From a virus, in IMG/VR virus record IMGVR_UViG_3300045049_000286, positions 43,981 to 107,980 of that record: DNA of 64,000 nucleotides; one strand, written 5' to 3'. Every line of letters begins with the position of its first letter. Position 1 is the stretch's first letter. Of this stretch, positions 26,890-35,241 are shown one piece after another. A program made the translations under genes and the position numbers. The notes beneath the pieces were generated by a model, which worked only from the letters and a program-made list of their open reading frames with translations, was not told where the DNA came from and did not search any database.

Positions 26890-27240
26890 ATGGGTGAAAC
26901 GGGCGTAGCGATGACGGACGAGCAGCGCGCGGTCCTGGCGGCGGCCTGGAAGCTGAACGAGGCGTTCACGGTGGTGGGGCTCGCGACTCAGTCGAGGATC
27001 GCGGTGTCGCAGATCAACAAGGCCCTGGGGGTGTTGTCGCTCAAGGCGCTGGTGCGGGCGGTGCCCGCGCCTCCGGAGGGCGGCGCGCGCACATACGTGG
27101 TGACGGATCTGGGCAGAGCGGAGATGGAGCGTTGGGAGAAGTACGGCCGCTGCGAGCGGGAGCTGCAGTTCCGGGCGAGCTTGATCCGCAGGACGCGGAT
27201 GGCCGTCCCGTTCCCTGGAAGCCGGGGAGCACGTCGGTGA
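26890..27240 (+). CDS. winged-helix DNA-binding protein (leaderless)
   Basis: FTVVGLATQSRIAVSQINKALGVL...LV...TYVVTDLG; TAGGTT 7 nt before ATG. Confidence 0.7.
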   Translation: MGETGVAMTDEQRAVLAAAWKLNEAFTVVGLATQSRIAVSQINKALGVLSLKALVRAVPAPPEGGARTYVVTDLGRAEMERWEKYGRCERELQFRASLIRRTRMAVPFPGSRGARR

Positions 27241-27710
27241 CGCGGTGGCTGTGGCGGCTGCAGGCGTGGCTGAACCGCCGCCAGTACCTGTCCACCGCGT
27301 GCTCGGCCGGCGACCACGAGAGCTGCCGGCTGATGAACACCTACACCGCGCAGTCGTGCGTGTGCGCGCGCTGCCACCACCAGCCGCGCCTGTTGTCGGT
27401 CGAGGCGGACTGCGGGCCGTGGCTGCACACGAAGAACCAGCCGCTGCCCGACGGTTTCGAGGTGGACGACTTCGAGTACCACGACGACTTCTTCGGGGTC
27501 CGCAAGGAGCTGATAGACGAGGCAGTGGCCGAGTTGCGCGAGCTGGGCATCCTGGGCAGGTACGCGGTGCCGCCGGCGGTGATGCGGAACGTGGTGTGGC
27601 ACGTGCTGGAGCGGGTGCTGTCCACGATGGTGCCGCGCGCCGGCTACACCCCGCCGCAGGCGCAGAAGCTGCCGAGACTGCCCGAGCAGAAGGACCGCCG
27701 GGGGCAGTAG
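27237..27710 (+). CDS. hypothetical protein with Cys/His cluster
   Basis: YLSTAC...HESC...CVCARCH. Confidence 0.75.
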   Translation: MTRWLWRLQAWLNRRQYLSTACSAGDHESCRLMNTYTAQSCVCARCHHQPRLLSVEADCGPWLHTKNQPLPDGFEVDDFEYHDDFFGVRKELIDEAVAELRELGILGRYAVPPAVMRNVVWHVLERVLSTMVPRAGYTPPQAQKLPRLPEQKDRRGQ

Positions 27711-27818
27711 CCTCACGGACGCGCATTTTCTCTCCGCTACGGGCGCGTCACGTTCGGACATTTTCGGTCGGGTGTGGAGCATTGTCGGTACAACGTCTTC
27801 CACGGAGGTGTGGAGTGC

Positions 27819-27989
27819 ATGGTGCCTACGACGACTACCGCGACCGACTCGGACAGTGGCAGGGACAGCCTGGCGGCCATGCTGCGCCGGATAGCGGTCG
27901 GCGAGCCCCGGTTGCAGGTGGCGTGGGAGGTGGCGCCGGACGGGACCGCCAGGTGTGTGTTCCAGATCCTGGCAAAGGTCCCGAAGTGA
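27819..27989 (+). CDS. small hypothetical protein
   Basis: GGAG RBS, GTGA overlap with next gene. Confidence 0.5.
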   Translation: MVPTTTTATDSDSGRDSLAAMLRRIAVGEPRLQVAWEVAPDGTARCVFQILAKVPK

Positions 27990-28381
27990 CCGAGCAGACC
28001 CCAGAACCGGCTGCGTCGGCCGGCATGAACCGGGACCTGGGCGACGTCCTCGGGTCGGCGGCCCGGCTCCTGCGCGCCACCAACCCGGTCTACCGCGAGG
28101 TCGCCCGGCTCCTGGACGTCCTCACGAGGCTCTTCCCCGCCTACATCTCCCACACCGACCCCGAGCTGCCCGACGGGCCGCTTCTGATCCTGGACACCCC
28201 GGAGGGCCAACTGTCCTGGCCCATCTCACCGCTGGACCTGCCGATCTTGGACCACGTGCCGGTGATCGAGGGCATCGAGCCGGACGGCGCCACCGGCGAG
28301 GAGAAGTACGAGCGGCTGCGGACGCTGTGCACGAAGCTGCCGAAGATGACCTACGCACACCCCGTGTACGGGCAGCCGTGA
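27986..28381 (+). CDS. WDGH-domain-like phage protein
   Basis: LDTPEGQLSW...DGATGEEKYERL resembles the GQ.SWH...WDGHT.EEKY.RL pattern. Confidence 0.65.
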   Translation: MTEQTPEPAASAGMNRDLGDVLGSAARLLRATNPVYREVARLLDVLTRLFPAYISHTDPELPDGPLLILDTPEGQLSWPISPLDLPILDHVPVIEGIEPDGATGEEKYERLRTLCTKLPKMTYAHPVYGQP

Positions 28382-28541
28382 CCCGCTACCGTTGACCACG
28401 GCTCCTCCCCCGGCATCCATCTGCTGGGAGAGGATCTGGGCCCCCACCGCGTCGACACAACCTGGTGGGGGCCTTTCGCATTACCGGACCGAAAACCGAC
28501 CTCTTGACGCTGGAGCCGTGCTCGTGTCAAGGGGGTCTGAA

Positions 28542-28844
28542 ATGCCGCTGGTCCAGCGCCCGCACTACGGGTGGCAGGCGTTCCAGGAGATCCTTCCCGG
28601 CACTGCCACCGGTGGTCCTCGTTCCACGCTCGCGGCCGGCTGGCCGACCGAGCTGCCGGGGCCGCAGCAGATGTCCGCCGCGCGCGCCGCGTCGCTGCCC
28701 CGCCTGCCCAACCAACCCGGCACCTCCCCTGTGCGCGGCCGGCCGAAGCCGGCGCAGCTCGGCCTTGGGCCAGGGACGGCGCCGACGGGCGAGCCGAGCA
28801 TGGGCAACGGCCGCGTCAGCATCTTCATGTCCTCCGCGTACTGA
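28542..28844 (+). CDS. Pro/Gly-rich hypothetical protein
   Basis: GGGGG RBS, MPLVQRPHYGWQ start. Confidence 0.7.
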   Translation: MPLVQRPHYGWQAFQEILPGTATGGPRSTLAAGWPTELPGPQQMSAARAASLPRLPNQPGTSPVRGRPKPAQLGLGPGTAPTGEPSMGNGRVSIFMSSAY

Positions 28845-28867
28845 CGGGGGCCGGGACAGTGTCAGCG

Positions 28868-29041
28868 ATGCCTGCCGGCGGCGTGCCGGGTGACCGCACG
28901 AGCGAGGGCTTCTGGAAGCCCCCCAACTCCCCCGGGCCTGTGGCGGATAGGCAGTGCCACTGCTGTGCGTGCTGTATCGCCGGCGGATGTCTCCCCGGCT
29001 GTCTGTGCCCGTGCCCCTGCTGCGAAGAGAGGTCACCATGA
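28868..29041 (+). CDS. small Cys-rich (metallothionein-like) peptide; start uncertain (ATG 28868 or GTG 28940)
   Basis: CHCCACCIAGGCLPGCLCPCPCC; TGA overlaps next ATG. Confidence 0.5.
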   Translation: MPAGGVPGDRTSEGFWKPPNSPGPVADRQCHCCACCIAGGCLPGCLCPCPCCEERSP

Positions 29042-29529
29042 GCACCGGCACCGACGGCGTCGTGCACGCGCACACCCAGATGATGACGCTGCACCTGGCC
29101 CAGCACGTCGAGGATCACGCCCCTCGCGAGGGCGACCCCCACTACCGGCTGTTCGAGCAGGCCAAGGCCCGGCTCAAGCGCCAGGGGCTGTGGCGGTGCG
29201 TCATCGACGACGAGCTGTGCGATGGCCAGGTCGAGCTGCACCACTCCGTCGCGGAGTTCTCCGAGATCAACGCCATGGACCGCGACAAGGTCGCCAAGGC
29301 CCTCGGCTTGCACTTCGAGGACGACGAAGACTTCGCCAACTGGGCTCAGAGCCCCGGCAACCTCGAATGCCTGTGCACTGCCCACCACCGCACCCGGTAC
29401 GGCATCCACGTCCTGCCCGAGCCGCTGTGGCTGGCCGTCCGGTACAAGAAGGCCGGCGTCCAGGCGCCGGCCGAGTTCATCCCAGCGCGGGAGATCGCCG
29501 CTGAGGGTACGCATCGGGCGGGTGAGTGA
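29038..29529 (+). CDS. HNH-like nuclease-fold protein
   Basis: C...C...ELHH...NLECLCTAHH...GIH. Confidence 0.65.
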   Translation: MSTGTDGVVHAHTQMMTLHLAQHVEDHAPREGDPHYRLFEQAKARLKRQGLWRCVIDDELCDGQVELHHSVAEFSEINAMDRDKVAKALGLHFEDDEDFANWAQSPGNLECLCTAHHRTRYGIHVLPEPLWLAVRYKKAGVQAPAEFIPAREIAAEGTHRAGE

Positions 29530-29798
29530 TGACGTCGCCGTTGCCAGACCCCGGTGTGTTCATCTCCACCGCCCAGATGTACGCGCAGCTCCAGGGTGTG
29601 AACGAGACGGTCCAGCGCATGGACGCGAAACTCGACGCTTTGGCGACCCAGTCCGCGCAACTCGCGGACCACGAAGGCCGGCTGCGGCATCTGGAGGAGC
29701 GCCGGCTGCCCCAGTCCACGCTGTCGTGGCTCTCCCTCGCCATCGCGGCCGTGGTAGGCGTACTGTCGCTCGTCGTCCCGCTGATCGGGCACAAGTAG
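29526..29798 (+). CDS. coiled-coil protein with C-terminal TM helix (holin/XhlA-like architecture)
   Basis: DHEGRLRHLEE then hydrophobic tail. Confidence 0.7.
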   Translation: MMTSPLPDPGVFISTAQMYAQLQGVNETVQRMDAKLDALATQSAQLADHEGRLRHLEERRLPQSTLSWLSLAIAAVVGVLSLVVPLIGHK

Positions 29799-29992
29799 CG
29801 AGAAGCCCCCTCCCGCTGTCAGCGCCGGGAGGGGGCCTGTGGGTCGAGCCCGCCTCGTGGGCCCTCGCGTAGCCACCGGCGGCACGGCACGCGGTCGCCG
29901 GCGGCTACGACACGGCCAGGGCTGCATGGTGTGAGGAACCGTCCCGGCCGCGCATCACGAAGCTAGCATATGCAGCTACGCTGCGTGCATAT

Positions 29993-30205
29993 TCAGCCGA
30001 GGAGGAAGTCGAACTCGCCGGCCTTCACGCCGGCGACGAACGCCTTGATCTCGTCGAGGTCGTAGATGACGGCGTCGGCGTCGATGCGGGTCGAAGCAAC
30101 TGCGATGTTGCCGGCCGGCGTGCGGCGCATCTTGACGCACTGCTCGTTCGGGTCACTCGCGCTCGCCTTGAACCAGCCGTCGCCGAGATGGGTAGCGTTG
30201 CTCAT
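29993..30205 (-). CDS. DUF397 family protein
   Basis: WFKASAS...CV...IAVAST...EIKAFVAGVKAGEFD. Confidence 0.9.
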   Translation of the reverse strand: MSNATHLGDGWFKASASDPNEQCVKMRRTPAGNIAVASTRIDADAVIYDLDEIKAFVAGVKAGEFDFLLG

Positions 30206-31065
30206 GAGGGCATCACTTTCTTGATCAAGTCACGAGTGTCTTCTGGAGACAGAGCGTACTGCGCCAACCGGTCGAAGAGACGCCTCAAATCACGGATTTC
30301 TCCGGGCCTGTCGGTGAAGACGACGGTCTTGGCCAGGCTGCGCGAGGCGACAGGCTTCACGTCGGGGTTGCCGAAGTCGAACAGGCTGAACGGGAAGGCA
30401 TAGAGCGCGGGTGCGCCCTCGGAGTTGGGGATGACCCGAAGGTGCACGTTGTGGCGCTCGGAGACCTCCAGCAGGTGGCGCAGTTGGGCGCGATGTGCGA
30501 CGGTGCCGCCGACGGCCGCATGCAGCGTCACCTCCAGCATCATGGCGTGGATGATCGGTGCGCCTCTGCGGGTGACGACCTCGGTGCGCAGCTCCCGCGC
30601 TTCGAGGAAGGCTTCGCGCTGCTTGGGGGTGTCCTTCTCGCGGGCGAACTCGGCGAGGCCCTTCACATACTCCTCGGCCTGCAGCAAGCCGGGGACGAAG
30701 TTTCCGCCGAAGGTTCTGATCTCGGTCGCGGCATCCTCGAAGCCGAAGATGTCCATGCCCTCGGTGAAGACACCGTTGAAGCGTGGGTGGTCATACCACC
30801 GGTCGCTCAGGTTGGCCGCCTGCTCCCACATGCCTTCGAGCCGGCCGCGTGCGCGGTTGTCGACGTCGAAGAGGTCGAGCAGCGCCGTCAGCTCGTCCCG
30901 AGTGGGGAGGGCGCGCCCGTTCTCTACGCGGGAGATCCAGTGCTGGCCGCGTTGGACGCGCGCGCCGACCTGGGCCTGCTGCAAGGTCGTCTTCTCGGTC
31001 CGGAGCTTGCGCAGGGCCATGCCGAACTCGCGCATCGCGATCTGCGACTTCGGGCTGGCTGTCAT
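30202..31065 (-). CDS. XRE-family HTH regulator with DUF5753 domain (WhiJ/Scr1-like)
   Basis: FGMALRKLR...ISRVENG; VPGLLQ...Y; QLRHLLE...LRVIP; ALSPEDTRDLI; coupled to DUF397. Confidence 0.9.
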   Translation of the reverse strand: MTASPKSQIAMREFGMALRKLRTEKTTLQQAQVGARVQRGQHWISRVENGRALPTRDELTALLDLFDVDNRARGRLEGMWEQAANLSDRWYDHPRFNGVFTEGMDIFGFEDAATEIRTFGGNFVPGLLQAEEYVKGLAEFAREKDTPKQREAFLEARELRTEVVTRRGAPIIHAMMLEVTLHAAVGGTVAHRAQLRHLLEVSERHNVHLRVIPNSEGAPALYAFPFSLFDFGNPDVKPVASRSLAKTVVFTDRPGEIRDLRRLFDRLAQYALSPEDTRDLIKKVMPS

Positions 31066-31291
31066 GGGCCTCCGTCCTATCGGGGGGTCGTCTGAGCTGG
31101 TCAAAAGATCACCCTCTTGGGGGCTTTTCGTCGAGAGGATGCGGCATATTTTTCGTTTCGTCTTGCATATGCAGCGGCATCATAGGAGAGTCGAACACGG
31201 ACGGCTCCAACTCCGCTACGGATGGCGAGATCTGATCATCTGTCGGGCTTCACGGAGTCGATGGTGTGTTCGGATCTTGATCGGAGTCGCC

Positions 31292-31726
31292 GTGAGCCTC
31301 GTGCTGCCCCAACCCACCGCGCAAGCCTATCTGTACCCCTACGCGCCGGAGTCCGTAAGCCAGGTCCGCGCCCGCGTACGCGCCACCTACCACCGGCTCG
31401 ACTCAGACCACCTGGCCCGGGTGGAGCTGGCGGCGAGCGAGCTGGCCACGAACGCGGTACGGCACGCGGCGCAGCCCGGGGAGTGCTTCGCGCTCCACTG
31501 CCACGCGCCGGACCCGAGGGACGGGGTCGTCAAGGTGGGCGTCGTCGACCACAGCCAGGACGGGCCGCTGTTCTACGCCCTGGAGCTGGTCGACACCGAG
31601 GAGGAGGGGCATCGCGGGCTCGGCATGGTGCAGCAGATGGGCTCGATAGTCCGGTGGCGGCTGGTGGACGTCGGGAAGGTCGTCGAGGTCCTGGTGCCGG
31701 CCGCCGCCAAGGAAATCGCGTGGTGA
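31292..31726 (+). CDS. HATPase_c (RsbW/AbaA-like) ATP-binding protein
   Basis: LAASELATNAVRHA...VVD...GHRGLGMV...GKVV; divergent from XRE. Confidence 0.85.
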   Translation: MSLVLPQPTAQAYLYPYAPESVSQVRARVRATYHRLDSDHLARVELAASELATNAVRHAAQPGECFALHCHAPDPRDGVVKVGVVDHSQDGPLFYALELVDTEEEGHRGLGMVQQMGSIVRWRLVDVGKVVEVLVPAAAKEIAW

Positions 31727-31926
31727 GGACGCATTTTCTGGAGGAACTGTGGGTGAGAACGCAGGCAGCGGTGAACTGGCGGAGACGTTCTGGGAGCCTT
31801 GGATGGCCGGGCACCGTGGCGCCCAGCCGTCCCCGGGGGAGGCCAGCCGGCCGAAATGGAGGCCGAAGGCGCCGCAGCCGGCCGAACCGCCGGCCGAGCC
31901 GGAGCAGGAAGAGCGGCAGTAGACCG

Positions 31927-31958
31927 AAGAGGGACGCCTCCTGGGGAGCGTCCCTCTT
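31927..31958. terminator. bidirectional terminator-like hairpin between convergent genes
   Basis: AAGAGGGACGC...GCGTCCCTCTT. Confidence 0.6.
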
Positions 31959-31969
31959 CTCGCGCCCGG

Positions 31970-32503
31970 CTACTCGTTGATGCGGCGCGGCTTCTTCGGT
32001 GTCCCCTGGGCCAGGAAGTCCCCGAACAGCTCGACGATGCGGCGCGGCCGGAAACGCTCGTCGGACTTGATCAGGTCGCCGAGGGTCCACCACCGGTGCC
32101 CGAGCATGGTCTTCTTCTCTGTCTTGGACAGCTCGACCGGCTTCTGCTTCGCGCCGCGCTTGAGGTGAGCGATGTAGACGTAGTCCTCGCGATCGTGTCC
32201 GTTTCGACGGGACTTGCAGATCCATATCGGGCCCTTGACGCGGCCGGCGAGGTCGGTGGGCGCGTAGCCGGACTCCTCGCGCAGCTCGCGTTCGGCGGCC
32301 TCCAGCATCGACTCGATCGGGCGCCCGTCGTCGTCCTTCTTGATCTTGCCTCCGGGGAGCTGCCACTCCACGGACTGCATGTCGTACCAGTCGCGGGCCT
32401 GGACCATGAACACGCGGTCGAGGTCGTCGACCAGGAGCAAGCGCACACGCTTTTTCGGCGGCCCCTTGTCGGGCTTGGTGTGCTGGAACTTCTTCTCGCC
32501 CAC
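31970..32503 (-). CDS. NUDIX hydrolase
   Basis: WQLPGG...ES..EAAERELREESG Nudix box; GGAGG RBS. Confidence 0.88.
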   Translation of the reverse strand: MGEKKFQHTKPDKGPPKKRVRLLLVDDLDRVFMVQARDWYDMQSVEWQLPGGKIKKDDDGRPIESMLEAAERELREESGYAPTDLAGRVKGPIWICKSRRNGHDREDYVYIAHLKRGAKQKPVELSKTEKKTMLGHRWWTLGDLIKSDERFRPRRIVELFGDFLAQGTPKKPRRINE

Positions 32504-32505
32504 GG

Positions 32506-32739
32506 TTACACCTCCGGCGGCCGGTGCGGCTCGGTGCAGGTGCAGCCGTCGACCGGGTTCCAGGAGGGGCAGACGCTGACGACGCCGGCGGTGCCGCAGC
32601 CGCAGGGCTGGTTCCACCAGGTCTCGTCGCAGCCGCAGGCGTCGTTGTCGTGCCAGGCGGTGACGGGACGGCGGCAGCTCGTGCAGACCAGGTAGGGGCT
32701 CGCGAACTCGATGGCGGTGTGCGTACGGGTGTGGATCAT
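32506..32739 (-). CDS. small Cys-rich protein
   Basis: CTSC...CGC...PCGC...CPSW...GCTC. Confidence 0.75.
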   Translation of the reverse strand: MIHTRTHTAIEFASPYLVCTSCRRPVTAWHDNDACGCDETWWNQPCGCGTAGVVSVCPSWNPVDGCTCTEPHRPPEV

Positions 32740-33018
32740 CTACAGCTCCTCGCGCGCCAGGCGGCGCTTCCACTCGCGGACCAGGGCGAGCTGGCCGATC
32801 GCGCCGGTCTCCAGTTCGTCCAGGACCGCGTCGGTGTCCGGGGCGGTGCGCCAGGTCTCGGTCAGGCGCATGGAGTGTCCGAGGATGGCGAGCATCCACT
32901 CATCGGCCTGGCCGGCGGACAGCTTCGCGGCCCGCTGTTTGGCCTTGTCCCAGAAGCGGTGGCTGGTGGCGGGGTCGTCCATGGCGGCGCGCCGGCGCGG
33001 GCGGAATTCGCTGAACAT
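32740..33018 (-). CDS. hypothetical protein
   Basis: GGAGG RBS, TGATG overlap. Confidence 0.7.
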   Translation of the reverse strand: MFSEFRPRRRAAMDDPATSHRFWDKAKQRAAKLSAGQADEWMLAILGHSMRLTETWRTAPDTDAVLDELETGAIGQLALVREWKRRLAREEL

Positions 33019-33314
33019 CAGGCGTCGGCCTCCTGCTCGGCGGCGGCCTTGAAGAACCGGTCTGTGAACTGCTGGGCCTCGCGGTCCCACTCGACCGGCC
33101 GGTAGCGGCCAACGTCCCAGGAGCCCAGCGCGAGGCGCAGTGCCTCGTCGGGGTCGGCGATGCGGCGGGTGACGCGGCCGAAGACGATGCCGAGGCGGAA
33201 GAGGCGGATCACGTGGGCTCGGTCGGCGCGGCGGTAGGGGGCCTTGGTCTCCTGGTGGTAGGTGACGTAGTGCAGCGGCCACTTCTTCCCGCAGCGGGTC
33301 GTCGTGATGATCAT
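33018..33314 (-). CDS. hypothetical protein
   Basis: AAGGA RBS, MIITTTR start. Confidence 0.7.
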   Translation of the reverse strand: MIITTTRCGKKWPLHYVTYHQETKAPYRRADRAHVIRLFRLGIVFGRVTRRIADPDEALRLALGSWDVGRYRPVEWDREAQQFTDRFFKAAAEQEADA

Positions 33315-33322
33315 CTGGGTCC

Positions 33323-34003
33323 TTACCAGGTCGCGGGGGTGTAGGGCTTGGCGTTGAGGACGGAGTCGATATAGCGGCCTGGTGAGGCGGTCGACTGGAA
33401 CGCGGCCCATTCCTGCGGGGAGACGTTGTAGTACTCGTAGCCGACGCCGTCGGCGAAGCTGCTGGGGCCGACCTTGGGGCCCCGGAAGCGCACGAACAGG
33501 GTCTGGCTTTGGTAGTCGTAGCCGGCGGCCAGGGTGCGCGGCCCGTACCAGGGCTTGCCGAAGTTCTTCGCCTGGGGGGCTGGCCAGGTGGTGTTGGTCG
33601 GACGCAGTGTCAGGAGCTGGGAGTCGTCCTCGAACCACTCCGCGCGGCGCAGCGCGGCGACCGTGGCCGGCGAGAGCTTGCTGGAGGCTGCGTCGATGTA
33701 GGCGCGCACCTGGACCGGGGTGTAGCCGGGGCGCGAGTTGATGCTGGTGGGGGTGCGCTGGGACTCGAAGGTGCGGCGCTCGGCGCGGGACTTGCGCGGG
33801 GTCACGCCCGTGTTGCGCAGGCGTTCGGCGCGCTGCTCGGGGGTCTCGCGGGCGCGGGGGTTGAGCGCGTTGCGGATGGTCCCGAAGATGCTGTTGCGCG
33901 GGTTGGGCTTGCCCTTGTTGCGGTTCGCGGCCGGGTTCTTGCCCTTCATAGGGTCTCGGCCGGCGTTGTTGCCGCCTGCTCCCTTGCGCCGGGCGCGTGC
34001 CAT
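33323..34003 (-). CDS. KTSC-domain protein with basic disordered N-terminus
   Basis: AAGYD..SQTLFVRF...YEYYNVSPQEWAAFQSTASPGRYI. Confidence 0.8.
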   Translation of the reverse strand: MARARRKGAGGNNAGRDPMKGKNPAANRNKGKPNPRNSIFGTIRNALNPRARETPEQRAERLRNTGVTPRKSRAERRTFESQRTPTSINSRPGYTPVQVRAYIDAASSKLSPATVAALRRAEWFEDDSQLLTLRPTNTTWPAPQAKNFGKPWYGPRTLAAGYDYQSQTLFVRFRGPKVGPSSFADGVGYEYYNVSPQEWAAFQSTASPGRYIDSVLNAKPYTPATW

Positions 34004-34071
34004 GACGAAGCCCTCCCGTTCCCTGTCCGATCGGTTCACGGTAGGGAGTGAGGGCTTTTCGCGGATATTCG

Positions 34072-35145
34072 TCAGGGGGCCTGGGTGCGCCAGTCGGGTC
34101 CGAAGATGTTGGGGTGGACGCCGGTGGTGAGCAGGTTGGCGGTGTTGTAGTACTTCATGGTCATGCGTGGGTCTTCGTGGCCGACGTAGCGGGAGAGGCG
34201 GTGGATGGTCAGGACGTCTCCGGGCTGGGTCAGGCCCAGGGTGATGAAGGTGTCGCGGGCCATGTAAGGGTTGACGAGTTCGCCGGCGGCGGGCTGGATG
34301 CCGGCGGCTTCGCCGAGGCGGTAGAAGAGCCGGCGGATGCCGGAGGTGTCGAGGGCGTTCTGTTCGAGTTCCCCGGTGTCCTTGTTACGGATCTTGCGGC
34401 CGAGGAGGAACGGCCCGCTCGTGCGGCCGGCGAGGCAGCGGTCCAGGATCGGGTAGAGCTTGTAGCCGAGGTCGATGGTCTGCCAGTAGCCGCCGCCTTT
34501 CTTGACGCGCATGAGCTTGAGGGTGCGAATCTTCCCGCCGGCGCGGGTGCCGAGGTTCTCCACGCGGGCGAGGTGCATTTCCTCGGGGCGCATTCCAGTT
34601 CCGAGGAGCATGGCGACGCACAGTTCGCTGCGCGGGTGGTCGTCGCGGGCGGCCTCGTACAGGCTCCAGTACTCGTGGGGCTGGAAGATGTCCTTCGCGC
34701 CGATCTCGGCCGCGCTGCCGCGTGGCTTACGTCCGCGCTGCTTGGGGACGGGGTTGAACTGGACGAACTCGCGGTGGCGTTCGGTGAGGTAGTCGTAGAA
34801 CTGGGAGATCGCGGTGCGGGCGTGGTCCTTGTTCTCCTTGCCGTACGGGAGGCGTTCGCATTCCTCGACACAGGGTCCGGGGTGGTGGGTCCAGTGGTTG
34901 GAGGAGAGGTACTCCAGGTGCTGGTCGATGTCGTCCGGGCTGGCGTCGTAGGGGTGGAGCATGGGCCAGCGGTCGAGCCAGGCGACGTAGATTCGCAGGT
35001 GGCGGCGGTACACGCGGGCGGTCTCGGGGCTGTAGTCCTTGGTGAAGGCCGCGATCAGCTCGTGGGCTTCGGTGCGCTGGCCGGGAATGCGGATGCGTCG
35101 GGTGGCCCACGTCGGCCTGTACTCAGGACTCTGAGTGGTCGTCAT
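34072..35145 (-). CDS. tyrosine recombinase (XerC/D or integrase family)
   Basis: TGMRPEE, K, PYMARDTF, VGH.DPRMTMKYY; TACGAT 7 nt before ATG 35145 suggests leaderless start. Confidence 0.88.
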   Translation of the reverse strand: MTTTQSPEYRPTWATRRIRIPGQRTEAHELIAAFTKDYSPETARVYRRHLRIYVAWLDRWPMLHPYDASPDDIDQHLEYLSSNHWTHHPGPCVEECERLPYGKENKDHARTAISQFYDYLTERHREFVQFNPVPKQRGRKPRGSAAEIGAKDIFQPHEYWSLYEAARDDHPRSELCVAMLLGTGMRPEEMHLARVENLGTRAGGKIRTLKLMRVKKGGGYWQTIDLGYKLYPILDRCLAGRTSGPFLLGRKIRNKDTGELEQNALDTSGIRRLFYRLGEAAGIQPAAGELVNPYMARDTFITLGLTQPGDVLTIHRLSRYVGHEDPRMTMKYYNTANLLTTGVHPNIFGPDWRTQAP

Positions 35146-35212
35146 GTGCTCCATCGTAGCCTATGACGCACGACTTTTGCTGGTGTCCCAGCAGGTTGGT
35201 GAATATCCGCCA

Positions 35213-35233
35213 GAAAATGCCCACTTCTACCGT
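35213..35233 (+). promoter_or_regulatory. putative late promoter for leaderless terminase mRNA
   Basis: GAAAATGCCCACTTCTACCGT, 8 nt before ATG; similar site at 36741-36760. Confidence 0.5.
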
Positions 35234-35241
35234 CCGGCCGC

